From: Blasia pusilla
Taxonomy: Eukaryota
Reading direction: 5' to 3'
DNA length: 64,000 nt
Assembly: GCA_050084515.1 (NCBI GenBank)
Contig: CM114271.1
Location: 10,044,001 to 10,108,000, forward strand
This document shows, piece by piece, positions 49,425-62,331 of the stretch. Under the pieces are notes generated by a model. It made no database searches, was not told where the DNA came from, and worked only from the letters and a program-made list of their open reading frames with translations. Position numbers and translations under genes: made by a program. Positions within the stretch are counted from its first letter, which is position 1, and every line of letters begins with the position of its first letter.

Positions 49425-50345
49425 AGAAAGAGGAATATGATTGATTTACGAGTAATGTTCCAACTCTTTTTTGAATTTTGGTCTTCTTACCCATGCACCC
49501 TAGGCTCCCAATCGTTGGATTAAGCTGAAACACAAGAGATGTGTGGTTGGGAATTCCCTCTTGCCCTTGGACGGTGTGGATCTTCTAAATCGCACTCTAT
49601 GTTGAATTTAAAATTGGGAGACCACATAAAGGGTTTTTTATTTTTAATTCCCTCTATATATGGTCATTTGGAGTTTTTTTCTTTCTATTGGGATCTTGAA
49701 ATAGAAGTGCATGTTGTGACAAACTTTCATGATTTATGAGATTAAGGATGAAATTGAGGACCTAAAAATGGAGGAGAAAGAGGAATATGCGTGATTTACA
49801 AGTAATGTTCCAAGTCTTCTTTCAAGGGACGTCTTTTGATCCACGAATCTAGAGGTCCCACTGTTGGATTGAGCTGAAACATGAGGGATATGGGTTTGGG
49901 AATGCTCTCTTACCCTTGGACGGTGTGGATCTTCTATGTCATACTCCATGTTCAATTTAAAACTAGGATACCACATTTAGGGTTTTTGATTTTTAATTCC
50001 CTCTTAGTGTAGTCATTTTGAGAATGAAGAAGAAAGAGGAATATGTGTGATTCATGACTAATGAGTCGTCTTTTTTGAATTTTGGTCTTCTTACCCACGC
50101 ACCCCAAGTTCCCACTCTTGGATTGAGTTGAAACATGAGGTATGTGGGGTTGGGAATTCCTTCTTGCACTTGGACGGTGTGGATCTTCGAAATCATACTC
50201 TATGTTCAATTTAAAATTGGAAAACCACATTTAGGTTCTTTGATTTTTTTATTCCCTCAATGTGTGATAATTTTGATATTTTTTTCCCATTGGGATCTTG
50301 ACATGTTGTGCATGTTGTGACAAAATTTCATGAGTTACGGGCTTT
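49425..50345. repeat. Three diverged direct repeats of about 250-340 bp inside the CACTA
   Basis: The block TTGGATT(A/G)AG(C/T)TGAAACA...CTTGGACGGTGTGGATCTTC...ATTTAAAA recurs at about 49515, 49863 and 50118. Confidence 0.8.
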
Positions 50346-51256
50346 AGGAAGAAGAGGAGGACTAAAAGATGGGTAAGATGTGTTTGGCGCGAGACAATCG
50401 CAAAGACTACGTGTAGTGGAGTAGGCCGTTTGAGCTGTTGGAAGATGTAGTGAACCATGAGGTCGGTTTTTCATGTTTTATGGACCTACTCAGGGATGAG
50501 AGGTATAAGAAGTAGGTTCATGTGAATTTATGTGGGATGTTTCGATGACATTTAGGGCTAATTGCATACAAATATTAACCTAAACCTCTTACACAAGCAT
50601 GCTCCAAAAATCAAGGAAGTTTAGGGTGACACTTCATTTACGTGGCATATATTGTATGATATGGTATATTACATATCGAGCGTGGTTGGGAATATCTTTT
50701 GTTCTCTTCCAAAGTTCTCTTGTGGCAAAAAAAATAAAAAAACAAGAATTCCCTGATGCCCGGTCTTGCGTTTGAGCAGGCTTGTAATTTTGGGAATATA
50801 TTTTGTACTCTTCCAAAGTTCTCTTGGCGCAAAAAATTAAAAAATTCCCCAATTACTTAATGCTTGGTTGCGCGTTTTAGAGGCCTTGTAATTTGGGATT
50901 GGGAAATACCGGGAGTTGAAGGTGCAATGGAGAGAATGAGATGATGTGTCAGAAGGAGAAGAACAAAACTACATTGAGGTTTGAATTTGTTTGTAGGCTA
51001 TTTCCATTATGCCGTTCTCTCTCTGAGGCTTCCTCTCTCTTCAAAATGTTGTTTCCTTCTTGCAAAATGTTATTTCTTTCTTGTGCAATCTGTCGCACAC
51101 TCTTGACAGATTGCGACGGTCGTGTCCATCTTGAAGCCCCCTCATTTTTGTTGTCGTTCCCCATTGGAATCCACCAACCTTATTTTTAGATCGTTGGTTT
51201 GGTCAGATCTTTACCTTGCATAGACACTTTAAGGGCAAGAGTAGGCGGAGGAGCAT

Positions 51257-52433
51257 ATGGCAGCGACAAACATCGAGATGATGGATGGGGTGTGTTTTGT
51301 GGGAAGAAATGAAATTGTAGCGTGGATTAACTCGACTCTTTTACTCTACCTCAACAAAGTGGAGGAGGTACGGTTCATTCTACGGATATTGTACATGTAA
51401 ATTAAATGAACTCCTACGGGTCCTTTGAGAGATGTTGCTCGACAATGAATCAGCCTTGCCATCTTTCTCAACGTAGTTTGCACTACTTCTTACCGTCCGA
51501 CGACTAACTTTCCTCATTGTCTTTAGGTTACCCTTTGGGCTGCCTCATTCAACTGGTGCCTTAGTTCAGGACGATAGCGGTTCTTGCACCTAGCTAGTCG
51601 TTAGCATGAAGGGATTTTTTTGGTCCAAACATTACAATCTTATCAGACTCTTGCTCATAGCAATACATTTCAGGGTTTAGTTCTCGGGTTTCCGTAATGC
51701 TGACTGTACTTCTGCTTCATAGATCAAGCCAGTTTTGTTGCCAAACTTCCTCTTGAAAATTTTAAAATTGCAGTTATCTTTTATTTTCCAAACGTCATCA
51801 CCTTAATTTGAATGTAAGGGGGACAAAAGCCTCATTCTTCACCACGTACAATATCCTCTCGATTGATCTTGTCACATGGGATTGAGTTGTCTTTCTTTAA
51901 AACGGATGGTACCCCTATAATGTCCTCAGACCTTACGAGAGAAAAATTTAGGCTTCTATACACCAATTGGCCATTTTTTCAAAGTTGAAATATAGGATCA
52001 ACTTCGCCACGGTTTGCAATATTGAGATTCTCGTGGCAAGGAGTATTTTCCTACAAGCGTCATAGTTTTTGGAGTCACTTCAAGCTTGCAAAGTTTCTTT
52101 CTTCTATTTTGCCTAAAGATTTTATTAAAGATATCCAGTGTGTGTCAATAGTTCATGAATCATAGTCATCTTTAATTTTAGTCATCGCATGAAATTGGGG
52201 ATCTGTCAAGGAGTACTAAAGTGCACTGTAAGCGTATCATCACGTTATCCTTACTTTTAGCAGGCTCCATGATTGAATGCTTAGGGATCCATTTTAGAGA
52301 TCGGATGTAGAGGCAGAGTTGTGGAAGAGACTCTCTTAGGTCATGAATATCGTTTTGTAGTGCAGGAACCTCTAGAGTTGTGCATTGTTAGCTGATGAAT
52401 GCCGTACATCTGAGAGTGGTCGCAATGCCCAAG
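51257..52433 (+). pseudogene. EB1: Captured 5' fragment (exons 1-2) of a microtubule end-binding protein gene
   Basis: 51257-51367 reads MAATNIEMMDGVCFVGRNEIVAWINSTLLLYLNKVEE and is followed by GTACGG. 52366-52433 follows TGCAG and reads SRVVHC*LMNAVHLRVVAMPK. Both match the plant EB1 calponin-homology N-terminus as recalled (MATNIGMMDSAYFVGRNE...EEAASGAV.CQ..D...PGVVPMHK). Confidence 0.9.
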
Positions 52434-52920
52434 CACTAGTGGAGGCCTTATAGTTACAACAATACAGGATGGAGGTCGATGATCCTCGTTACTCTATATG
52501 TGAGTGTCATGTCATTTGTTAGGGCATCTCTAGGTTGTCCTAACAAATGTAAAGTATGTATGTAGTCCTGACAACAATTTTGGTAGCGGCAAGGGAATGG
52601 ATGTTGGAGGCACTAGCGCTTGTACTAGCTGATGGGGGTTATGCTATATCGACAAGCTTGACAAAAGTGTTAGATGTGCTCGATTTCTAATTTTGATAAA
52701 CTGTACATGAGCTTTCATTCCAACACAAGAACTTGCTCTGTGTGTGGAAACTCTACTTTGAAGTTTTCTTGAGTTGTTTACATCTTCAAAGTTTTTGTAA
52801 ACAAAATGGAGAAATTGCAATACTGGTGTGATGAATTTTGCGTGGGCTCATAAAATGATGTGTGCGTTACATGTATAACTATTGTAGTTTTCAGGAGGCG
52901 GATAGATCAACTATACACGG
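52432..52920 (+). pseudogene. MCM9: Captured fragment (three exon pieces) of an MCM helicase AAA+ domain, MCM9-like
   Basis: 52432-52474 STSGGLIVTTIQDG|gt; 52593-52666 EWMLEALALVLADGG/LCYIDKLDK (Walker B region); 52895-52918 EADRSTIH. The EWMLEAGALVLADGG wording suggests MCM9, but the paralogue call is less certain than the family call. Confidence 0.8.
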
Positions 52921-53164
52921 GCTTTGACGTACAACTTTGCATTAGAAATGTATTCTGAGCCATTCCTCCATTACTAGGACTTGACATTCTAGAGAACTTA
53001 AAAAGAAAAAAGGCTAAATACGAAGAGATTAGTTCATTGGATCACTGTGAATACTGAGACTTAATAACGCATGCACTAGGAGCAGTCACGAGAGTTCACT
53101 CCGTCTACAAAATGATGAAAGAGACCAATACATATTCTAATTTCAACAAATTTATGGCTCACAG

Positions 53165-53517
53165 CGGCATTGGTGATACAAGGCTCCACGCAAGTATATA
53201 GCATGAAGGTGGAATACCTCTGCGCTTTGGAGCTGCAAGCACTTGACTTCATTGCGCAAAATAAGTAAGCTCGCACTAAGTTCGCTTATGTGGTACTGCT
53301 CGTTTGGCTATTAGGTACCTTAATATGTTTTTCATGGAATGTCGCTAGTTTGTTCGATTGTCGTGAGCATCTACAACTTTTTTGTTTCTCACAAACTACG
53401 GGATCAAATCGTAATGCAGGCAAGGCCACGAGTACGTATCCTTTGAGCAAGCCAATGCTCAACATGATGCTGTAGAAGAGAAAGAAGAAGATTTTCTCGA
53501 CCTTGATGACATTACAG
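53165..53517 (+). pseudogene. CAP-H2: Captured fragment (two exons) of the condensin II kleisin subunit
   Basis: Exon 53165-53264 reads ALVIQGSTQVYSMKVEYLCALELQALDFIAQN and exon 53420-53517 reads ...EEKEEDFLDLDDIT. AG/GT sites are canonical and the phase is consistent. Confidence 0.85.
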
Positions 53518-56500
53518 GTACGTAGTCGGTTTCCACCAGTGTCCACTAACTCCTCAAGGACCCGTTCACCAAAGCGGATTGCAATAGCAATGCTTTTCAC
53601 AGATGTACAAGCCCTTCAATCGCTTATCAGAATCTCTTTTCCTTGTTTCTTATTCACGTGGCATTCTTAATTCCAATCCAAATGTTAAACAAATGTAATT
53701 TCCACCTATGCAAACATCTAGTAGAGAACCATAAGTAGGGAGATACTATCTTCATTACGTGTGGCATTTCGATGCCTTACTACTAGACCTATCAGACCTC
53801 GTGTCCATGGTTGGATGGTTGGTGATAGAGATGGGGATGGTGCATGAGAAAAGAGTGAAGAAAGTACTATTTCCTCATGAAATATCAGTGTAGCCAAAGT
53901 GATTATTTAACGTTAACTCCAAAATAGATGCGACAAGAAATTTGGAAGATCTTTTGTGTTGTAAATGTTCAATTTTTTCCAGTTGGTCCTTGCAAGATTT
54001 TATGCCTCGGATGTCATTCACTACTCTGTCCACATCTAGCGCTAGTGAGGAAGCATAAGTTACCAAACCAAACCCCTTTCTTCACAATGAATTGGTGCCT
54101 ACTTTCACGGAGATTAACTATTTGCTTTGGCAGGCTGGACTCGTACAGACTCTGAATATAAGGTGCACAGTATTTGGAGTCACCGATCCCAAAGGCCAAT
54201 ATAATCCATATCAGTGTGAGCTTTCCACCTCCAAATTTTTTTCTCCCCCTTCCTTGTATTTTCTCGTAACTTGATCTTACTTTCTAGATTGGAGTTCACT
54301 AACCAATTTAGATTCTTGCCCTAACTCCTAAATTCTAAGTTTCATCGGTTTGTAGTACTCTCTTAAATTACCTTGTCTTTGTTTGTAGCACGTTAAATAA
54401 TTAGAATGGACGAAACTTAGTAATTAGAAATCGTCCAAGCTGATAGAGAACTTGGCTAACAATCTCGAAATTGCTCTAGCTCTGAATAGATTGCTACGCA
54501 ATGTGTGAAGTGTTTGTTCATTCCGTTGTCACTACAGGGTAATATGCAAGATGCAGCCTAGTTTGCGATGATGCAAGATTTGTAGACTCACTCCTTCTGA
54601 AATATGAATGCCGCTAGGTAGGTCTGAGGAAACTCTCATATTAAAATGATAGTGATGAATTCTTCTACGTCGGAGAGTTAGAACTGTTGTCGTGTTGTGG
54701 CTAGGGCACACACAACATGCTAGAGCTGCTTATTGCATGAGTGCACTATAATTGCGACACACACATGTGACAAGGTTTGATTTTCTGTCTTGGCAGATGC
54801 GAGCACGCAAATTTGTGTTGTGACAGCGTAGACCTTTGAGATGATGTTTCCTATGATTGGGCCTTTATTGTACTGCGCATTGGTTTTTTCCGGATGGGCC
54901 CTTTATAACAAGCATAATTGCGTTGGTTGCAGGTGCAAAAGGGAAGAAGAGTCGATAGATGCTAAACTTGGCAAGTATCTGAATTCAGCAATGCAAGGAG
55001 ATCAAATGGTTCTTTCTTTGCTCAAGGCAATGGTGATTTTCCCTTTACAAGTGTTGGCTCGTAGTTGAATTTCATGATACTTAAGGAGGATGATCATTAC
55101 CATCTTGTAGAGAGGACGACAAGAAGCCGACAAAGAGGCAAAGGATTTGTGTTATCTCAACCATGCATAAGCTTTGCTGCAACTATGGTCGTCCTCAAGT
55201 AGTTTTTGGATTTGAGCCATGAACCCAGGACCCCAGGTAGATGTATTTAGGGCCATGTTAGTATGTTACAACTGGAAACCATATGTGGTCCACACTTGAA
55301 GATCCTGCAGAGGGATGTTGCCCTTCCTATTTCTTAATGTTCTCAAGAGTGTGTTCAGTTGTATTTGAATTGATCTTCAAGTTCAAAGATCTTATCAACA
55401 AGTTACTTGCATTTCCTCCAAGGGAGAAAATGTCTGTTTGTGCTTAACATCTGTTGAGTGTATATAAAATATGGTTCTGCCCTCATGGAGTGTTGGAGTT
55501 CCCTTTGCACTAACTCACTCCTTGTCAAATCATGACTTTGAGAAGAATGTGCAAATGGGAGTAGTCTACTTATCTCCATATAATTGGAATGGGAAGACTT
55601 TTCTACAACAATTATGTAGAATGCTACTCATATGGGGAGTTCTCATGTTTAAGGATAAGTTTTTGAGTGCATCAGTGAGCAATACTTCATTCTATCTTAT
55701 TTCGTTGGAATTGTAATGGCATTTCACCAGTGGTATTCCTTTCTCCTTAGCCAGGGTGCAGGGGGGATAGCTTTAGAGACGTATATCGCGAAGTAGATCA
55801 ATTCATGATCAGATTCAAAACAATGGTGTTACTTTGTGATGGTTGAAACTAGGTGAGGGAGGCAGGTATAGATGATAGGGAGTGAGCTTCTCCTGAACTT
55901 GCGGGAACTGGAGAGGGTTGAGTTTCTCCGACATTGGTGTAGACCTTTAATCTCATCAGTGATGATCTGCGAGTAGGATGTGGTTTGATAAATCTACTAT
56001 GTTGTGGTGCTTGAGTTGGGAGTTCCACTTCATCTCGTGTGACTGGAAGATTGTATCTAGGGATTGTGACTTGAGAGAAATGTTATCTATCAATCTTCAA
56101 CTTCACGCCCTTCAATACTGGGTCATGGGATATAATTTGTAATTAGCAGCGATTGGGTCCAATTTAAATTATGATAGTGTGCCATGCATCACTATCAATA
56201 TTACTAGTGCAGCAAACTTTCATTCCGACCTAGTCAATAAAACTGACTTGTTCAATCCTATTGCAATTTAATGACTGGTGGAGACATGACCATTATCACC
56301 AAGTGGATTCCTCTCCCATGGGGTACATTTGTCACATTATCATTGGATATTGTATACTTTTACATGACTAATGTAGTCCTTAGCGGTAACTAGACAAATA
56401 CCCTAGATATGACTACACGAGTTTTATTCCATAGTCCATGTCATCAGTGACATGTCATACCAATTAGTCCACGTCATACGTTGACGTGTCATTATTCCGC

Positions 56501-56714
56501 GTCATCTAAGTGACATGTCAATCATGGCCTCATGACTACACCCTCTAGTCATGCACCAACGTCCACCTAAGCCAACCATCCTAGTTAGCCTAGTCGCTAG
56601 ATAAATATGGCTTGGCTTTTGTGTCTGAAGTAGTTGTCAATCATTGCCAATCGTGGAATGACTTGTATGAGTCATATAACCTAGTCATAAAACCAAGGAT
56701 TTTTTCTAGTGTTG

Positions 56715-57340
56715 GTTCATTTTGGAGTGAAGTGGATGTATAGCTTGCTCAAGATACAATATTGGTGGTAAGGCATGTAGACTGATGTTCAGAAATTTGT
56801 TGCCAGGTGCATGGTGTGTGATCGGATCCAGGCATTGTTCAATGCTTCGACTCCATAATTGCATCCACTTTTGATCATGGGTTTAGGTTATGGATGGAGT
56901 TTGAAATTTATAGGACCTTTACCTTTGACAAAGCGCTATAGTTGTTATGTGTTGGTGATGATCAAACACTTCTCGAAGTGGATAAAGTTCCTCACAAAGC
57001 GAGTGAGGGAGTAGCGTATGCCTTCTTAGATAGAGTGTTGAGTCATTATGGAGCACCACCTGAGGTGTTGAGAGACCAAGATACGGACTTTCGCGGGGAG
57101 TTTTAAGCCTTATGTGATCAAGCGCTGATCGACCACCACACCACTTTGCGGGATCATCCTGAGGTAGATGGACTAGTGGAAAGGGTTGTGCAGATGATGA
57201 CAAGAGGTTTATGCAAGTACGGCTTTGTAGAGAGGTCACCTAAGAGATTGGAACCTCCAATTCCCTTGGATGGCGATGGGATATAAATTCAGCAAGCGGC
57301 TTACTTAACGCCTTTTTTCATCGTATTTGTTGCTTTATGG
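56715..57340 (+). pseudogene. Integrase of DNMT-Gypsy copy 1 (continuation after the CACTA)
   Basis: HFGVKW..SLL..QYWW*GM*TDVQKFVARCMVCDR, followed by a decayed catalytic core. Cut at 57341 by copy 2. Confidence 0.85.
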
Positions 57341-60300
57341 TATCACGTTTGTTAGGATATATCAACAAGATCTAGTACAGAGCCTTTGCATGTAGTGGAG
57401 GATAGCCTTAGGAGGTTGAGGATGACATACTGAGGCCACGGGTAACTTGAGAGAGCAGGTTTCCCCTTCATTTTGGCTCATTTGGAGCCATATAAAGAAA
57501 CTTACGATTTCGAGTAAGTTTCCATATTGAATAGAGTTGGTTTTCCACTTTAGAAAGTTGCGCTTGAGCTCTAGACATGCTTTAGCAGGTCTAGAGACAA
57601 GGAGGTGAGGTTATTATGGAGAGAGCTTGGGAGAGGGAAGGGGGTATACCTGCGCTGCCAAATTTTCATTATAAATTGAATATGGGGGCGAGACCTCCAT
57701 GTTGGTGAACTCAAGGGCACCATTTAGCTCTAAGGTTGTTGTTTTTATAGGTTTGAGGTTTACTTTGAGAGAAATCAACTCAGAAGCGCTACCAAAATTT
57801 GTGTAGGAGAGCAAATTGAAGGGTTGTATGATAGTCCTTGTTTGTTTTTGTTGGAAGTCCAATGGAAAAAAAATTTGACACCATCATATATCGGGAAGTT
57901 GTACATGCTGTGGAATAAACAGTGCATAATTAAAAGTTGCAAGTAGAAAGTTATGGCCAATTTTGGAAACTGCAACAACTAGACCATTTTTAGGGTGAAA
58001 ATTTGTCAAACCCTAAATGAGCCGCCGCACCGTTGCCGCTGCTACCACCATTTTCCATGGCCGCCGCTAGTTGCCACTTTTTGCCACTATTCAAGGTTGC
58101 TTTCTGCCTTGGGCGCCATGCAGGGCCAAGTCAATCCGCCGCTGCCAGACTTGGTTGACTCCGTACGCGTCGCCGCCACTTGTGCACTCCCGACTTTGAC
58201 GAGGTGACCTTTTGATTTATGGGGTCCAAGCTTTCTTTCAGATTTGCTATGTGTTGAGGTTGTTGCTGCTCACGATGATTGATTACTGTACCCATAGTCG
58301 CAATGCAATGCCAATTTCTGCGCCATACCGCTTGTGGCCGTACTGTACCGTCTTGATCACAAAGTCGTCCAATCACTAGGGAGTAGAGCATATGTTGTTG
58401 ATTGAAGAGGGTATGCCGTGGAGTGGCACACCCAATTCATGAGTGCCTTGCCATTTGTAGTCGTTCTGTGTTGCAAGTGCTGCATTATACCGCTGGACCC
58501 GCACCACACATCAAGGAGGTTTGAACATTGTCAGTACCAGAGCAGTTCGACTTGCTGATTAGGGGAGTTTTTCTTCACGACCGAGTTGGAGTAAAGATTT
58601 GTAATTGCTGAGAAGCAACATCAACATTTGTTGAGGTTACCCATTCTGGTCTTTTTGCCCTACTCGTGTGAGGGAATTTTAGGTATTGGATAGTTATTTG
58701 GAGATATTGGAGATATGGAGATGTTGAGAACATCATTGATGTATGTGGTTTAGGAGAAATTGACATGTATGGGATGTTCACAGTTGAGGGTATGTTATGT
58801 CGATGAGACGATAGATTGGTCAATTTTTTGCACCACGCCACTTGTTACGACACAGTAAACATCTCAGTGAGAGGGATTGTAGGTTGAGTTCTACATATTT
58901 CCTTGAGTGATTGAGGGATTATTCGTGAGATTAAGAGTGATTGCGCAAGAGGGCCACCAGGGTCATCACGGCGTCCTTTCGGGACTTTGAGAGACAAGAT
59001 GGTGGACCTCATAGTAGCTCTAGAGGTTTTACATGGAGTGGAGCAAGATTTCAAGGGTCTCCACATGAGAGACCACCTCGGTCTCCTTCTGTGTTGTCGC
59101 CAAACGAGGAAGACGATGTAGAGGAGTTTATGAGCATATCACCATACATAGTGAGTGATCCGCCGCATGGGAGTACGCGATGGACGACCGGGGTAGAGGA
59201 CCGCGCAGGGTTTCGGGTGCTATAGGCACGATAGAGTTGCACGACTTTGTTGTGGAGTTTAGGAGTTGGTGTGATTCACCGCAGGCTAGGAACTTTAGAG
59301 AGTTCAACCCGTTCACAGCATGGAACGACATGTTTGACCATTTAGAGGGAGCGCGCATGGACGATTACCACAAGTTCTCCCAGAGATATGCCCATGAGAT
59401 TAAGGCATGGAGACTCTTCTTTGACCCAAACTATGTGTCATGGTTTGAGTCATTTCTAGATGAAGAGTTAGGAGAGGCTACTTCCTCTTCCATCGGGGAT
59501 GTGTTAGGAGGGGTAAGTTGGACTCGAGAAGTCGGGTTCGTCTTAGGTTCAACTTCGTGGTTGAGCTCTTTGCGAAGTTACGGACGAACTACCAAGGGGT
59601 ACGGACTGAGAAGATGCTGAGCATCCATGACTTCCATAAGGTCCTGGGTGAGAGTTTACATGAGGCATTCACTCGATTGCGTTGGTTGATTAATGTCACT
59701 TAGGGGGTGACAAAGTCCCAAGCTATCCAGGCATGGTAAGCAATGGTAGACCAAGACTTGCGGAAACGGGTGAGGGGTGGGGTACTTCTTATGAGCACCT
59801 CACTTACATTGAGAGATGTTTTTGAGATCACGGAGTGTGTTGAGTGCAACATGGCTGAGGAGAGTGTAGAAGCCATGGGTTCCGTGCAAGAGCAACCACG
59901 ATAACCTGCACCATGAGTGTAGCAATATGGATTGCGGAGAGGTGTGTGGCACCATGAGCTTAGGGAGGATATCAGAAGTCCATGCCACAAAGACTTGCGC
60001 CATCATATGCCGCGCAGCTGTAGCCGCCACGAATTATTTTTTGGGTATTTGATGGAGCCCATCACCAGTACGATTGGACCTATTACGGTAGTGGACGTGT
60101 GCCTCAACATGGAGGAGGAGATGGGTCTACACCAAGAGTTTACCTGTGTGACCATTGTCAGAGATATGGTCATACAGGTGCACGATGTTTTAGCCTTTAC
60201 CATGAGTTACGTCCAGACTAAGGGCTAGAGAGCGCACCAAAGCAAGTTGTTGGTTCGGGTGGGCTAGAGGTTGTGCACTAGGTGGTCTCGTTGGGGAACC

Positions 60301-62331
60301 AGGAGTTGGATTTCCTTGAGGGGGTGGTAGAGTTTCCCATGGAGGAGGTAAAGGTCCGCCACTTAGACGCGTATAGGGAGTTGTCAGACATGAGGCTCCG
60401 ATGGCTGCTCAGATACAGCAGTTGCAGCAACAGATTGCGGCTATGGCATTGAGGTTACCCAAAGCTTGATTAGTAGTACGTTTATAGTAAATAATAAAAT
60501 ATAACCATACAAAAATTATTATTATTATGGGAGAGTATCTTTTCACTATAGGGGAAACAAGAAATACTCATATGTTAAGGCATCGACATCTTATGGAGCA
60601 GCCACCGACATGGAAAATTATGGTTGGATGTGCGTAGCCACACAAATGGAGGTAGTTGTTGTTGTTACATGTGCAGCAACTGCAAAGTTGGATCCATAAA
60701 GAGAGGAGGCCACGAAACAGACGAGGCTTCCTCATTCTTTTACTTTTTTTGAGGAGATGAGGACCCCATCGATGGGTCTTGATTAGAGTTATTGGAGGGT
60801 TGATGTTGTGGGTGTGCACGCACGGAGGATTTAGGGTTTACCTTGTGTTTTGCTCAATCAATCTTTTAATATTTTACATTTTTTTAAAAGCATGTTAATT
60901 CCCATGTTTATTATTATAGGTGTTTGGGGCACATAGTTTATTTTCCGGGTTTCTTGCAGGCGTCCTAGATTGAGGCCAAAGGCTCTGGACGGGAAGGTGA
61001 TCTTGGCTCTGTGTGCCATAGTGTATTTGGCCGCAAACTGATGCCACAAGAAGCAAGAAGAATGACTCTTATTGCAAATGCCCAAGTGGAGCTTGTGTCA
61101 AGTACGTTGTTGGGGGCGGCCATTGCTTTGTATCGCACCCCCATTTTTTTCTACTTCCGATGTTACAACGTTGGGAGGTACGCCCGCCGAGGTCTTTCGG
61201 GTGGCCGCTACGCTATGTGAGAATGGAGTTGGTGATCTTGTGTCACATTGGAGGTGATTGGAGAGGAGGTGGTGGACTTGCCCTCGGAGCCTTTGCTCAT
61301 GTGGTCCACCTTAGATTCATAGCAAGTTGCGGCTGCGAGGATGGCAGAGATGCCCGCTAAACCCGCAATCGAGCATGCCATGGTATCGCCATGTGTTGTG
61401 TTTCTTGAAAATCAAGGAGAGGTCTTCCAATTGGTGAGTCCAAGAAGCAAATTGTTCACTCCGCAGCGTGTCTTGTTAGATTCGGGAGCGCAACCCCTGA
61501 TGTTGGGAAAGGCGGCATTTACAAGATTGGGCCTATCGAGGGCCGATGTGGAGCATTGCCCATTAAAGATAGATAAATCCTTGGGTGGATCAAGTACAAA
61601 GAAATTTATCACCCGACATGAGGTTGTGGTGAGGATTTTCCCGGGACATCCATCAGATGAGTCCATAGTGCGAGCCAAGGCGATAGTGATCGATGTCGAG
61701 TCATATAATGTCTTGGTTGGAGAAGTAGTGTTATGCGTGATGGAGTTTTCCCTTGATTATTGGGAGGAGTCAACATCTTAAAGACCAAGATGGCAGTCTG
61801 ATGATGGACGACTTATCTCATACTTGTTCAATTCATGGGAGGAGTGATTGAGCGACGACTAGGAGAGATAGCAACATTAGCAACATTTAGCAGCGCCATA
61901 ACGTGGCATAGTGATTTGATTGAGGGGCATATTCATGTAGAGGGCACATCCGTACCTAACACATCTACGGAGAGGAGTGTTATGGTAGCCGCATTAGGTT
62001 CAGCACTAGGTTGGCTGTTGTTTTGTAGGCAAGAATGCAGATGGAGCAATACCTATATATGGAGCTTGATGAGGTTGCGAGGCGAGTTTCACTATGATAT
62101 GTGGCATAATTATGCTTCCATTTTCCTGACTTGTTATCTACGTCCGCTGTACATGGGTATTAGAGTTCCCTACTGAAGGACATTTCAATGCTAGGGGCGC
62201 AGGATTTGGAGCAGGTAGGGACCATCGATTTGGTCCTTGCTCGTTGGCCATGTCAAGGCCTGTCAAGTGCTAGACGGGATTGCAGGTTGGTTGACACTCG
62301 ATCCAGGTTGTTTTGGGAGATGTTGAGGATC
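57341..62331 (+). mobile_element. Second copy of the DNMT-carrying Gypsy family (5' region, gag, protease, partial DNMT)
   Basis: The start TATCACGTT..TAGGATA matches 19445 and the copy is collinear with 19445-24148, with an internal deletion. Gag-like ORF at 59180-59620, protease LLDSGAQPLMLG at 61341-61781. Confidence 0.85.
61996..62331 (+). pseudogene. C5-DNMT domain fragment (copy 2) with intact catalytic PCQ
   Basis: YLYMELDEVARRV...GTIDLVLARWPCQGLSSA...DTRSRLFWEMLRI, with PCQ at 62248-62256. Motif I is deleted and the fragment is cut by the LTR at 62332. Confidence 0.88.

Larger units (their letters stand above)
48670..56711. mobile_element. Non-autonomous CACTA element carrying host gene fragments (Pack-CACTA)
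   Basis: Termini CACTAGAAGAAAT...ATTTTTTCTAGTG, 3-bp TSD TTG/TTG, subterminal TGACTA/TAGTCA repeats. Removing it rejoins the integrase HHCC motif (HAHEEL|VHFG...CMVC). No transposase seen. Confidence 0.93.

Noticed and set aside
51257-53517. Functional host genes EB1, MCM9 and CAP-H2
   Set aside because: They are only partial exon sets with stops and substitutions at conserved residues, enclosed by CACTA termini.
53875-56050. Further named captured genes inside the CACTA
   Set aside because: Exon-like pieces are visible but I cannot recognise the proteins without a search.
60468-60960. Introns or small transposons in the gag of DNMT-Gypsy copy 2 (AT-rich stretches at about 60468-60575 and 60826-60960)
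   Set aside because: They are absent from copy 1 but show no clear TIR, TSD or complete splice-site pair, so they are left unclassified.
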